From Octopus bimaculoides (Eukaryota): 64,000 bases of DNA. Shown here in pieces: positions 1 through 13,370 of this stretch. Location: assembly GCF_001194135.2 (NCBI RefSeq), contig NC_068993.1, positions 62,255,554 to 62,319,553 of the forward strand, written 5' to 3'. The stretch's first letter is position 1, and each line of letters opens with the position of its first letter. The notes below the pieces were generated by a model that did not search any database, was not told where the DNA came from, and was given only the letters and a program-made list of their open reading frames with translations. The position numbers were made by a program, and so were the translations under genes.

Positions 1-526
1 TATATATATATATATAGTTATTTATTTGTATTTATATTTCTATATAATTTTCCCTACTATAACTTAATGGTTGATTCCGATATTTTGTTATGGTCTTATT
101 TTATTGTATGAAAGCTCGGTTCCCAGTAGATTAAGCGCAGGCGACAGCAATTAGAATGAAATGCTTCACAGATAATGTTTATTACAATAACATTTTCATT
201 TTTTTTTAAAATCGTATTTCTGCTTATTTGAATAAAAAATGTAGTAGCATGATCAGAAAGCCACGGTGTTCATTAAAGCAATTCATTTAAATTAATTCAT
301 TCAATTAAATTTAATATAAGTTTTAACTGTGTCATTGAAAGAGACAAATTCAGTGGCTTAAAGGTTATCCAAGGGTTCTCATTTCACTTTGAGTACCCAA
401 AGAATTAATGTGAGGCATTAGTATCGCATTCTCATTTTAAGTAACCGGTCGATTCTTGCTTTTTGCTCAAATAAATGATCAAATACGGTACTTTAAAAAA
501 TTCCGACTCTTTAAGTCAAAACATTA

Positions 527-740
527 TACTGTATACTACGACATACAAGTCGAGTTTTTCAGACCCAAATTTACAGCCGAGAATAGTAGGTCGACTTATA
601 CACCGAGACAACTTCGGAGGACTGAAAAAAATTCTATGTGAAATGCAGCAGGATCTGGAAAGATAGTGACAATGATTTAGCGTTTACACTACATGCTTGC
701 ACAATATACTATGTCGACTTGTCCGTCGGAAAATATGGTG
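527..740. mobile_element. Degenerate Tc1/pogo (Tc2/Kanga-like) MITE, about 210 bp
   Basis: Left end tactgtatactacgacatacaagtcgag and right end gtcgacttgtccgtcggaaaatatggtg are diverged inverted repeats of a TACCGTATTTTCCGGCGTATAAGTCGAC-like terminus. A better-conserved copy of this terminus is at 40017. Confidence 0.5.
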
Positions 741-804
741 CTTCCTAAAAGTTTGTCTTAATCATAAAATATACAGCGTTTGTGATATTATAACGCTTCT
801 TTTT

Positions 805-1005
805 ACTTATTTTAGTCATTGACCTGCGACGTTGCTGGGACTCGCCTTTCGGGGTTTTAGTCAAATAGATCGACATCTATATATATTTTAAAGTCCAATA
901 CCTATTCCATTGACCTGTTTTGCCAAGCCGCTAAGTTATTGGGATGTAAACTAACCAAAATTAATGTTTCAAACCGTTGGGGAGACAAATACAGACACAA
1001 AAATA
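805..1005 (-). mobile_element. SINE family B, 3' half, diverged
   Basis: Reverse-complement similarity to the 3' half of the full copy at 49281-49650 (ttttgccaagccgctaagttattgggatgtaaac). Confidence 0.7.
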
Positions 1006-1073
1006 CACACGCACAAGCACACACACACACACACACAAACACATACAACATACATATACATATACATATACAA

Positions 1074-1117
<44 letters not shown>

Positions 1118-1682
1118 NNNNNNNNNNNNNNNNNNNNNNNNNNNNNNNNNNNNNNNNNNNNNNNNNNNNNNNNNNNNNNNNNNNNNNNNNNNNNNNNNNN
1201 NNNNNNNNNNNNNNNNNNNNNNNNNNNNNNNNNNNNNNNNNNNNNNNNNNNNNNNNNNNNNNNNNNNNNNNNNNNNNNNNNNNNNNNNNNNNNNNNNNNN
1301 NNNNNNNNNNNNNNNNNNNNNNNNNNNNNNNNNNNNNNNNNNNNNNNNNNNNNNNNNNNNNNNNNNNNNNNNNNNNNNNNNNNNNNNNNNNNNNNNNNNN
1401 NNNNNNNNNNNNNNNNNNNNNNNNNNNNNNNNNNNNNNNNNNNNNNNNNNNNNNNNNNNNNNNNNNNNNNNNNNNNNNNNNNNNNNNNNNNNNNNNNNNN
1501 NTATGAAATAAGATTGTAGTTCCCTATATCATCTTTATGAAAAGTCGAAAGACACACATAGATATGCTGAACATTAAGCTGTTTAATTAATTTTGATATG
1601 TTCACTGGACAAATTAATATTAGCATATGATTACTAATTGCCGATTAAGAGTATTTAAAATTGTGATACATTTACATTGTGT

Positions 1683-1717
<35 letters not shown>

Positions 1718-1727
1718 NNNNNNNNNN

Positions 1728-1770
<43 letters not shown>

Positions 1771-4700
1771 CACATATACATATACAAATATGTAGTCGTT
1801 TATACACGTGAATACACACATACACACACTCGTGTGTGTATGTGTGTGTGATATATGTAGGTGTCTGCGTGTGCTTACGACGTTGCTAAATAAAAGTTAA
1901 TTTTATGGAGTCTTATCCCTCTGAAAATCTCTCTAAGATATGCTTTAAATGATTAATAGAAAGTTACGCCCGAGAATGTGGCTCTGCCTCTATTTGCGTG
2001 TGTGCACTGAGCAGCCACAGTTTGCTTTACTCTCTGTTGACGAGTTGAAGCACAAATCTTTTAAGCTGTCAACTCTTCACTGGAATCAAACTAATCGACA
2101 TAATACAAGCCCCGTTTCCCATTAGTAGAATCAGTTTGATGATATGTTAGCGATCAAGAGATTAACGTTTCTTGGGGTTATTAATACTGCCCTGTGATCC
2201 TGGTATATCAATTACTTTTGTTTTTCAGTGACACAGTTCACTTTGCGATAATTACGACAAACCAGAGTAACTAAGAAATGCTCTGTGTAACTCAAAATTG
2301 CCTCCGTTACAGTTTACTCTGAAGAATACACACCTTTCATTTAATATACTTTAGACGAAAACTGGTGCAACAGTTGTTCTGTTAAAAATTGTAATAAAGT
2401 TATTTGAGAAAAAAAAAAAAAGCACAAAAGCAGTATAGATTTAGGCGGTGCTTCTACATGAAAATTGATTACTGAATTCCTGATCTTAAGAAGAATTACA
2501 GTTTTTATTTTACATCCTTCGGAACTGAAAGGAGCGTTTCTTAGAATGGCAAATCATTTTGTATAGTACGCTACTGGTACTGTTTGTCTAATCCGGACGA
2601 TTAAAGTAAATATTAGCCACGTACTGGGGCAGTTATGACTAACTGTAGCCTCTTCTATAATGTATGATCTAATGTTGGAATTCAGAATACCGCATTATCA
2701 ATGGAATGGATTTAATGTAGGTGGTTGAATTAGGTATGGTGAATGTTGATCTTCATAGATCGAATGTTGAAATAATTGTTGATCTAAATGGTACAAATTA
2801 GAAAATTGCCTGTCACAGCAACCGTGAAACATTAAGTGTGACTCTCTGGGTACAGCACAGCGTTTACGATATAGCAGTTTGGTATTTCACACAAAAGCAG
2901 GTACCAAACTGGTTCAAAACACTTGCACGAATTTAATGGCAAATTGACTATCAATGGGTTTTGCTGCTTAAAAATACCATTTTTGTATAAATAAAAGTAA
3001 CATTGTCTGTATACGTTGTTCGACATCTTGTTATATTATTTCATATAATGTAATAAATTTTCATCTTAACAGCAATGTTTACATCTAATTGTGCATCTTC
3101 TGTAAATATGGGTATTGTATATTTTCTGTGAATATGGGTGTTGATTGTGAATCATTGATGCATAATTCAGTTGATGATTCTGTATATGCGAACCGTTTAA
3201 ACGTTGGATAATCAAAATACAGTTGTGCAATTTCTCTTTACAAATTCGTTTTTGTTTCATATTAATATTACGTAAACATTGTTGCATGACTCACGCTTGC
3301 TTCCCTCCGTTGATTACCTTTTCTAGTGTTTATGACACGTATATTTATTGCCTCTTGTCGTAGAGCCATAACCAAATACATATCTCAATGTGAAACACAT
3401 TCAACAATGTCGATGTACATAATTGTCAAACGGACGGCGACGGTCTCTCCGAATTACATTATTTACAAGCGGGAATTCGTTTTGCCATTAATATATTATT
3501 TTATTGTTGAAGTCATTTGTTCGGCTGTCAAGAAAAACGGTTTACGATAAAGGTGAAGATTATGGTTATTACACTTTGGAGAATTATGATAATATTAATG
3601 GTAACGTTATTGTGTATGGGAGTTGAGTTGCTTTCTTTGTTAATAACTTTATTACCTGTAGTAGGCTGTGTTGATGGTGGCTGTAGAAGAGTTAATAGTC
3701 AACATGATGCTCATGTTGATATTGGCAGTGACGATGGTGAGATTATTGGCACGAGTTTGTAGACAGAATTCATTGCGTTGACAAGGGAGAATCTCTATTA
3801 GTTCTGATAGTAAAACCAGTAGAGTAACGAATGAAAAGGTAGGCGTTAATAACGTTCTGCGTTCATAACTCAACGAAATGAAATTTACTTTTTGTATTTA
3901 TTGCGATAGATATCATAAGTACCAGTTAATTGCTGAGGTCGTTTAATTGATTACATCCATCCTACAAAATGTGATTGAATATTTTTCTTCTACATCAAGT
4001 CTTTTTAAACCATCAAGTTTGATACCCTGTATAAAACTTTTACCGTTCCTTTTCTTACAACTACCTTCATTTCCATTTGATGGCTTCTTTCCAGATATCT
4101 TGATTTGCCGGTAAATCCAACGCATTGGCGATCAACAATTGATCACCATGAATATGTACAAAAAAAAAAAATTTTTTAATGCAGCACCTGGAAAGAACTG
4201 CTTTGTGAGCGCCAAATTTTTGTCTTATTTCTATGAATGTAAGAATAAAAACAAGAAGAGAAAAAGTGAAGGAGTGAGATGGGAGGAAGTACTGTTTGAT
4301 TAGGTTTAGTTTCAGGGTTACCAGATTCCATGGTGCTTTGCCCTAACCCCGCTGACTTAAGCCAGGAAAACTCACACTCTACTGCTCACATCTTTAGCAA
4401 CAGACATTTGTATCATGTTGAAACTATTATTGTTGATTATGTAAATGCTGGAGGGAATGTAGTAGTGATGGTGAGGTATTGTTGGTGGTGGCGGTGATCA
4501 GATTATTCTTGTTAATTGTATTGTTGTTGCTGTTTAGTTCCAAGTCAATCTCCGTTGACACAAACATCAAACGCACACTTCATTTAACATTTAAAATACA
4601 GTGAAGCACCAAATTAATTATCTCATATAATTGCTTCTTTTTTGTTTCAGATGGACTTGCTTATCTTATTCACAAAATTGTTGATGTTGTAGTTGGTTAT

Positions 4701-5157
4701 TAAAAGTTGCTGGGTTAGTAATGATGACGTTTGATTTGGTTTTCGTGTTCATGCTGGTTGTGTTGGCATTAACGATAATGGTGATAGTAAAAGTTAATTT
4801 ATATATATATGGGGCGATATTTATCCCAAAACCCAAAGGCTAATCACAACACCAGTGCCTAATTAGAAACTGCGCTTCTATTTATATGGCGAGCTGGATG
4901 TCGCTGCTATCTCCAACGGCCGAGCATCTATCATTAACAAAGCCAGCGAAGGCCGAAATAACGTGATCTGGTAGTCTTGACGCTGGTGATGGCAGAGATT
5001 GGTCCCCCGCTAGCCATATAAACATGAGTGCTTGTATGCACAGCAAGTCCATTTCAGATATTCTCTCATGCTAAGAAACGCAGTATTTTGTGTTCCAACA
5101 CAACATCCACTTTTGAGTGGGGATAAACATTACCTTTTGGTATTAATACTGTCTCTG

Positions 5158-5158
5158 T

Positions 5159-5214
<56 letters not shown>
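5158..5214. repeat. (CTA)n microsatellite
   Basis: Direct reading; it explains the poly-L/poly-V ORFs. Confidence 0.95.
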
Positions 5215-5215
<1 letters not shown>

Positions 5216-5236
5216 GTAAATATCGCAAAGCATTTT

Positions 5237-5357
5237 CCCCGAAAAGATGAAAGGCAACGTTGACTACGGCGGAATTTGAACACAGAAAGTAAAGAGCCGG
5301 AAGAAATGCTGATAAACGTTCTATTCGGCATACTAACGATTCCGCCAGCTCGCTGCC
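5237..5357 (-). mobile_element. SINE family A, 5' part
   Basis: Reverse complement of the family A head (ggcggcgagctggcagaatcgttagc...gttcaaattccgccg) also seen at 26021-26239 and 29698. Confidence 0.8.
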
Positions 5358-5370
5358 TTATTCATAAATA

Positions 5371-5589
5371 TAATAATGGTTTCAAATTTGGCCACAGGGC
5401 CTGAAATTTGTGGGGAGGGGATATGTCTATTATATCGACCCCAATGTTCAACTGGTACTTATTTTATTGACCACGAAAGTATGAAAGACAAAGTCGACCT
5501 CGGTGGAATTTGAACTCAGAACGGAGCGATGGGCGAAATACCGCTAAGCATTTCGTCCGGCGTGTTAACGGTTCTACCAGCTCGCCGTC
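5371..5589 (-). mobile_element. SINE family A, near full length, in tandem with the previous copy
   Basis: gaaagacaaagtcgacctcggtggaatttgaactcagaac...ctaccagctcgcc; carries a pol III B-box-like GAGTTCAAATTCC on the minus strand. Confidence 0.85.
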
Positions 5590-5629
5590 TAATTGATAAA
5601 TATAATATAAAGAATAACCGGAACTACAG

Positions 5630-5671
5630 CAACAACAACAACAACAACAACAAGAATGATAACATAAACAG

Positions 5672-5719
<48 letters not shown>

Positions 5720-5800
5720 GAAGAAGAAGAAGAAGAAGAAAAAGAAGAAGAATAAGAAGAATAAGAAGAAGGAGGAGGAGGAGGAGGAGGAGGAGGAGGA
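5630..5800. repeat. Compound triplet repeat (CAA)-(AAT)-(AAG)-(GAG)
   Basis: Direct reading; it explains the poly-N/K/E ORF. Confidence 0.95.
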
Positions 5801-6611
5801 TATTCCATGGAGATTCACTATCATCAATTCAGTACAACATGGCTGTTGCATCTTTAAGTATAGATTTAAATTTTACAGAAAGTAACGATAACCCTCGTGG
5901 GATTAATATCTGCCACTTGAAACTAGAAGATTACGATAAATCTCCTCCACAGATAATTTCCATCATGGCTGAATAAATCTGATTTTGACAAACAACAGTG
6001 TTATAAGCGGTCAAAAGCTATTAACTGGAAGTGGGAGCAGAGTTACTGTTCCAAACCAAAGCTATCGGTCACTGATGGCTGGATGCGCCAGTTTGCTTTC
6101 TTCAGAATACATCCGGACCCACGAGAGTAAAATCTATCTGATTGCAGGGAAAAAAATATGGAAATAATTTAAAGAAAAAAATATACAAAGAAATACTCCG
6201 CCAAAAAGGATATAAAATAAAATAAAATAAATACAAATACAGTACAACAACAGCCATAGAGAATGGAAATCATGTAATTCTCTGAGATAAACAAATACAT
6301 ATAGATAAGAAGAGAGAAGCAAACCTCCTCGATGTTATTATATACGATAAGATATTCAGAACTCGTAAAATTATTGATGTAACAGAAATGTAGAAATCAG
6401 CAAAGAAGGATTGAAAAACTCTCCGAAGAAAAAAAGACAAAAAAAAACTCAGAGATAAATATATTTCGGTTGCAGAATATGGCCAGATAAATAATCTCTG
6501 ATGGGAGGCTTCAACATGAGGATTCGATTATTGGGTTGTTTCAAATCCTCTGACCAGCACTTTCGATCAGTCCATGGGGATTTGCGGAGGTGATGGTCAC
6601 GGTTGCGGTCA

Positions 6612-6950
6612 TTGCTGCAGTCACTATGGCAGCCATGCTGGAGCACCACCTTGAAGGGCCTTAGTCGAACAAAACACCCTTACTTCTTGTGTTTGCTTTT
6701 CAAACCTGGTAGTTATTCTATAAGTCTCGGCGAACTACTATGCTACGAGGATGTAAAGAAACTAATACCGGTTGCCAAGCGGTAAGGTTGACAAACACAG
6801 ATACAAAGACATACACGTACACATGCACACGCGCGCGCGCGTGCACACCCACCCATGAATACGTACACACACACACACACGCATATGTATGTATGTATGT
6901 ATGTATGTANNNNNNNNNNTATATATATACACGACGGGCTTCCACACAGT
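6612..6950 (-). mobile_element. SINE family B, 3' half plus internal microsatellite
   Basis: gccatgctggagcaccaccttgaag...acgacgggcttc matches the reverse complement of 49281-49650. Confidence 0.75.
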
Positions 6951-9900
6951 TTTTATTTTTTTATTTTCTTTGAAAGATTTTCTTCCTTTTAATATTTTGA
7001 CGTTTAGTTCAAGCAAAGAACAATAAAACGAAGAAAAAGGAAACCAAAGCATACACTGATGGCACTTCCGGAACACGTTTAGCTTCGGCGATAAACCACA
7101 CTACAACAACAATAACGAGAACAACAACAACAATAATAATGATGATAATTGAAATTTTATCTGTTTATGTTTCTCCGGTGTACAATGTAAATTTTATTGC
7201 TCTTATTTTTGATGAATAAAAAAAAATCCAGAGGGAAATCTACAACAGCATTATTTATCGGAAAATTTAATAGAAATCAACCAAATTTAATTTTAATTAT
7301 ATCGTTATAACTGCTAACTTCTGTCATTCAAAACACTATTCTCGGCAAGTGTTTTGATGAAATTGTTTTTTGTGACTTTCTCTGATTTAACCTACAGCTC
7401 TTTATTCCACAAGAATCTCTTCAAGCAGGTAACGTCAGTGGCAGAAGTAGTTGATGTGGTGACGATAGTGGCAGCCAAATATATATTTAGATAGTTTGTT
7501 ATATAAACAAGAATTGGTCCACAAAGATCCTCAGTTTAATATAATGTTGCGCGTGCAGAAAAGCTAAATAGGTCGTGGCTGTTCCGTCGAGCGTGTGGAT
7601 ACAAAGACCAGTGAGAAAAAGAAAAAGAAATGACATTTTATTTTATTGACTAATGTTACGTTAATCTTTTCATCAACAACGCAATTCTTGACATATTTCA
7701 GTTTTATTAGATCCCCTGCCCCCGATAAGTATAGAATTTATTTTGCATAACCAAATAGTTAACACAACTTAAGTATTGTTTTTCATTCGAATGTCGTTTA
7801 TATATTATTAATTTAAGTTACTTATTCTAAAATATGGCGAACCTACAGCACAAGAATTTTCAATTTCATTGAAGCACAGATTACATATCAAAAGAAATTA
7901 TTGTCTACATCTTGATATAAGATTCATTGACGGTCAGTCAGAGTGACTTCTTTTATTACATAAATAAATCTTATGGAACACACTAGGGCTAAGGCTTCCC
8001 ATTATGGTAGGTTTCAAATCCTATTGGGGGCAACTTATTCTATTGACCCTTTCTGGGTCAGTAGAATATGTGCCAGTCAAATAGTGGTAGCGATTTAATC
8101 GACTGTATGACCTTGTGTCTATGTTACAAAGCATTCGTACACACTACGAAAATTAGCAACATAGCATTCGTCTGTTATGATAATATCATTGAAGGGATAA
8201 AGTGTTACGATAGAAAAGGCTGAGTTAGTCGAGATTTGTGATGATGTTGTTGTTAATGTTTCAATGACCAATTCAGTTTTACGTATACTTCCCGCGCTTG
8301 CAATCGATAATTTCAAAGGAGATGGGTTCATCTAGCCCCAATTAAGAACGGAAACAAATAAATGGGTGCCAACCAATCAGACTGTGTCGACGAGGTTACT
8401 CGAACTACTAGAGATAGCAACCAAATTATTTCCTTTAAATTATACACTAACATAAAAACGATAACAACAACAAAATAATACATACCGACATACATACACT
8501 CCTAAAACAACGAGGCGCATCAAAATAACGACGGACACACGCATTAAACTAATTGCTCATACAGACATATATATACAAAGAAATTCAGACAAAAGAGAAG
8601 AGAAAAACAAAGCAAGGAAGATGGGTTTATAGAAAATAGACGTATCAGGCAGACATAAATAAACGCAAATGTCATTATTTTCTAAATGACTGCTTGTTTC
8701 AAGAAATACTATTAATATATTTACATAAAAAAACAAATATATGTATATTAATCATGAATCTGTATTATATTTAATGCAACAGAAGTGTGTGCTTAATTGA
8801 AAACGGTGAGTTACTTCTACGTTTCATGATTTATTTTGCTAAATCTCAACAAGAATATCTCATTAGGAATTAACAGAAAGCAGGCGCATGAAGATATATA
8901 CAAACAAAACTCACATGCATATAAAATATATAACTTACATATATACATACATATCTACATAGGCGCATATATGAGGAGGATTAAGAACAAAAATAAGAAC
9001 AGACAGATTTTCGCCTTCATTATATTAGATGCCTGGCCTGGTCGTTGAAAAAAGTTTTACTTCAAGATGGATGCACAGTCACAAATATTCGCAAGCGCAT
9101 GCGTGCAAAGGACGTTGATGCAGGAGACAGGTGACACTATTCGGCTGCGTATAAACTTAATAAATAAACATAAGACGTACTACATTCCTAATGAGCAATG
9201 CTAATTAAACATAGGTGGGTGACGAAGTAGTTAACAAGGAGCCAGGTTTGATCTTCTTCCTCCAAGCTTGGATCAACCGGGAATTGGTCAGGTTTAAAAG
9301 GTGTGGAAACCCGCCAGATTGAATGTTCTTCTAATTCAAACGTCCAGCCCTATGGCAACCAGGTTCGCGCTGGGATTAAGCTAAGAGAAAAGCTGTTTAT
9401 CGATTGACAGTTACATAGTTACATAGACCTTATTGTTGATGTGGGCACTCCAATACATGCATGCATATATANNNNNNNNNNNNNNNNNNNNNNNNNNNNN
9501 NNNNNNNNNNNNNNNNNNNNNNNNNNNNNNNNNNNNNNNNNNNNNNNNNNNNNNNNNNNNNNNNNNNNNNNNNNNNNNNNNNNNNNNNNNNNNNNNNNNN
9601 NNNNNNNNNNNNNNNNNNNNNNNNNNNNNNNNNNNNNNNNNNNNNNNNNNNNNNNNNNNNNNNNNNNNNNNNNNNNNNNNNNNNNNNNNNNNNNNNNNNN
9701 NNNNNNNNNNNNNNNNNNNNNNNNNNNNNNNNNNNNNNNNNNNNNNNNNNNNNNNNNNNNNNNNNNNNNNNNNNNNNNNNNNNNNNNNNNNNNNNNNNNN
9801 NNNNNNNNNNNNNNNNNNNNNNNNNNNNNNNNNNNNNNNNNNNNNNNNNNNNNNNNNNNNNNNNNNNNNNNNNNNNNNNNNNNNNNNNNNNNNNNNNNNN

Positions 9901-10441
9901 NNNNNNNNNNNNNNNNNNNNNNNNNNNNNNNNNNNNNNNNNNNNNNNNNNNNNNNNNNNNNNNNNNNNNNNNNNNNNNNNNNNNNNNNNNNNNNNNNNNN
10001 NNNNNNNNNNNNNNNNNNNNNNNNNNNNNNNNNNNNNNNNNNNNNNNNNNNNNNNNNNNNNNNNNNNNNNNNNNNNNNNNNNNNNNNNNNNNNNNNNNNN
10101 NNNNNNNNNNNNNNNNNNNNNNNNNNNNNNNNNNNNNNNNNNNNNNNNNNNNNNNNNNNNNNNNNNNNNNNNNNNNNNNNNNNNNNNNNNNNNNNNNNNN
10201 NNNNNNNNNNNNNNNNNNNNNNNNNNNNNNNNNNNNNNNNNNNNNNNNNNNNNNNNNNNNNNNNNNNNNNNNNNNNNNNNNNNNNNNNNNNNNNNNNNNN
10301 NNNNNNNNNNNNNNNNNNNNNNNNNNNNNNNNNNNNNNNNNNNNNNNNNNNNNNNNNNNNNNNNNNNNNNNNNNNNNNNNNNNNNNNNNNNNNNNNNNNN
10401 NNNNNNNNNNNNNNNNNNNNNNNNNNNNNNNNNNNNNNNNN

Positions 10442-10497
<56 letters not shown>

Positions 10498-11236
10498 TTA
10501 TATTCACCCACAACACCGCACACACACACACTTACAAAAACAATGCGTGTGAAGTGGAGCGACTGCGTCCAAAATCGTGTTTGTGTGTTCGCTTTTGCTA
10601 AACATTTTCAGCATAATTAAATGTGTTCTTATTTTCTAACGGGTTGTGAATATATCGGTGTTGTTGAATAACATGCATTTCATATATCACCCACATTCAC
10701 TTGAGTGATCTGTTCAAAAGAAATGAGTGACTGAATATCAAATTGGTTAACAAGCATTCGTCAAGCAATCAAGCATCAATAAAAAAGAAATTATTCTTAA
10801 TATACTAACTTAATATACACTTCTTCGATATATAGGCACAGACACGCATAGACATAGGCAAACATAGAAAAGCACATTAACCGAGTTTGGTGGTGTTGCA
10901 AAAAATAGCAAAGCAAAACAAAACAAAAAGAAATGAAGTCATTAATTTTGTATCCATGGAGTGAATGCGCGCAAACGATGATAAAATTGCTATGAAACTT
11001 CTATGAGTTACTAAGTTCTACTGGAAATGTATCCCTTGAGGAATTGAGATATGAACCGCGGTGACACATCGCTTGAAATTTATTTGGAATCTATTATGAT
11101 ATATGCCTAAAAGCATGGCACACATACTTTTGCATAGAGTTGTGTTTTTTTTTATACTTGTTTCGGTCATTGGACGGCGGTCATCCTTATTCAGTCGGTC
11201 TCTTTTGCCCGAACTGTCAACCAGCGTCAATATGAG

Positions 11237-11385
11237 ATATTAGTTCAAATTCCGCCGAGGTCAACTTTGCGTTTCATCCTTTTGGGGTCGATAAATTAAG
11301 TACCAGTTGCGTTCTGGGGTCGATTTAATCCACAGGTCCCCTCCCCCAAAATTTCGGTACTTGTACCTAGAGTAGAAAAGTATTA
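11237..11385 (+). mobile_element. SINE family A, 5'-truncated
   Basis: agttcaaattccgccgaggtcaactttgcgtttcatccttttggggtcgataaattaagtaccag. Confidence 0.8.
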
Positions 11386-11484
11386 GAGATATTCTCTCTC
11401 CCTCTCTCCCTCTCTCTCCATCCATCCATCAATCTATCCTTCTGTCAATCCGGCCATCGGGCCATCGGGCCATCCGGTCATCCT

Positions 11485-11533
<49 letters not shown>

Positions 11534-11683
11534 ACACATATATGTGTGTATTCATACACACACATACACACATACGTATGTATATATGTGCTTGTATACA
11601 CACACACGTATTTATATGCTCTAAGTGATTGAGTAGGACAAATTGCCCTTCTATCCAATCACTATGGATAGATAACGATCTAT

Positions 11684-11724
<41 letters not shown>

Positions 11725-11741
11725 TAATTTTATGTGTATGT

Positions 11742-11781
<40 letters not shown>

Positions 11782-12461
11782 AAAAGCAGGGGCTATGTCG
11801 ACAAATAAAGAAAAGAAGCTTTGGAATTGGAAAAAATAAGAAAGAAATGTGTAGAGAAGGATTTTCCTCTAATCGATATCTTGTGAAAGAGAAAGGATTC
11901 CATCTGCTTCAAAGTAAATAGATTCCCATCACTATTTATGTTTCGGATGAATATGAGACAGATATCCGATGCTCAAAATATGATTGGTTTACTCGTGTAA
12001 GCACACACAGGCGCGCGCGCGTGCCAAGGGCAAACACACATAAGTATAGATATAAAAATAGATAGATGGATGAATTGACAAACGCAGTATATATGTATGT
12101 ACCAATTGCCAGGAATGTGTTTAAAATATAAACTTGATCTATACAATAGTGTTATATTGCTAAATGTAGTGGCTATTTAAGCAACGTATTCATGGATAGC
12201 CAATAGGCTGGGTGTGGTACTGAAGAAGAAGAAATAACTTCGGAAATATGCATATACACCCATTGCCCATTTTTCTTTCTTTGATCATACTGTTTAATAG
12301 ACGTATTCGTATATGAAACGTCCTAACTTTCAATGCTGGCTCTAATTTCCAAAAAGGTGATTGACTCGCACTGCTAACCCAGGTATGACACAGTATTGAT
12401 TCATGATCCTTTAACATACTTGTGTATTATGGTTGTACAAAGAAATACGGTCTTCTACCAG

Positions 12462-12494
<33 letters not shown>

Positions 12495-13338
12495 NNNNNN
12501 NNNNNNNNNNNNNNNNNNNNNNNNNNNNNNNNNNNNNNNNNNNNNNNNNNNNNNNNNNNNNNNNNNNNNNNNNNNNNNNNNNNNNNNNNNNNNNNNNNNN
12601 NNNNNNNNNNNNNNNNNNNNNNNNNNNNNNNNNNNNNNNNNNNNNNNNNNNNNNNNNNNNNNNNNNNNNNNNNNNNNNNNNNNNNNNNNNNNNNNNNNNN
12701 NNNNNNNNNNNNNNNNNNNNNNNNNNNNNNNNNNNNNNNNNNNNNNNNNNNNNNNNNNNNNNNNNNNNNNNNNNNNNNNNNNNNNNNNNNNNNNNNNNNN
12801 NNNNNNNNNNNNNNNNNNNNNNNNNNNNNNNNNNNNNNNNNNNNNNNNNNNNNNNNNNNNNNNNNNNNNNNNNNNNNNNNNNNNNNNNNNNNNNNNNNNN
12901 NNNNNNNNNNNNNNNNNNNNNNNNNNNNNNNNNNNNNNNNNNNNNNNNNNNNNNNNNNNNNNNNNNNNNNNNNNNNNNNNNNNNNNNNNNNNNNNNNNNN
13001 NNNNNNNNNNNNNNNNNNNNNNNNNNNNNNNNNNNNNNNNNNNNNNNNNNNNNNNNNNNNNNNNNNNNNNNNNNNNNNNNNNNNNNNNNNNNNNNNNNNN
13101 NNNNNNNNNNNNNNNNNNNNNNNNNNNNNNNNNNNNNNNNNNNNNNNNNNNNNNNNNNNNNNNNNNNNNNNNNNNNNNNNNNNNNNNNNNNNNNNNNNNN
13201 NNNNNNNNNNNNNNNNNNNNNNNNNNNNNNNNNNNNNNNNNNNNNNNNNNNNNNNNNNNNNNNNNNNNNNNNNNNNNNNNNNNNNNNNNNNNNNNNNNNN
13301 NNNNNNNNNNNNNNNNNNNNNNNNNNNNNNNNNNNNNN

Positions 13339-13370
<32 letters not shown>

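Noticed and set aside
2824-4140. Complex-looking 1.3-kb stretch with several 60-80 aa ORFs
   Set aside because: I recognised no protein motif in the frames translated and found frequent stops; it may be an unrecognised ancient element.
5464-5885. Poly-N/K/E and poly-P/S/Y ORFs
   Set aside because: They are translations of the compound triplet repeat plus SINE sequence.
7398-7428. Plus-strand 31-nt exon-like segment (cctacag ... CAG|gtaacg)
   Set aside because: It is isolated, has no partner exon, and is expected by chance.
12100-12210. Strong minus-strand acceptor (ttatttcttcttcttcag) as the next exon of the candidate gene
   Set aside because: All three frames stop within about 16 codons and there is no good donor before the stops.
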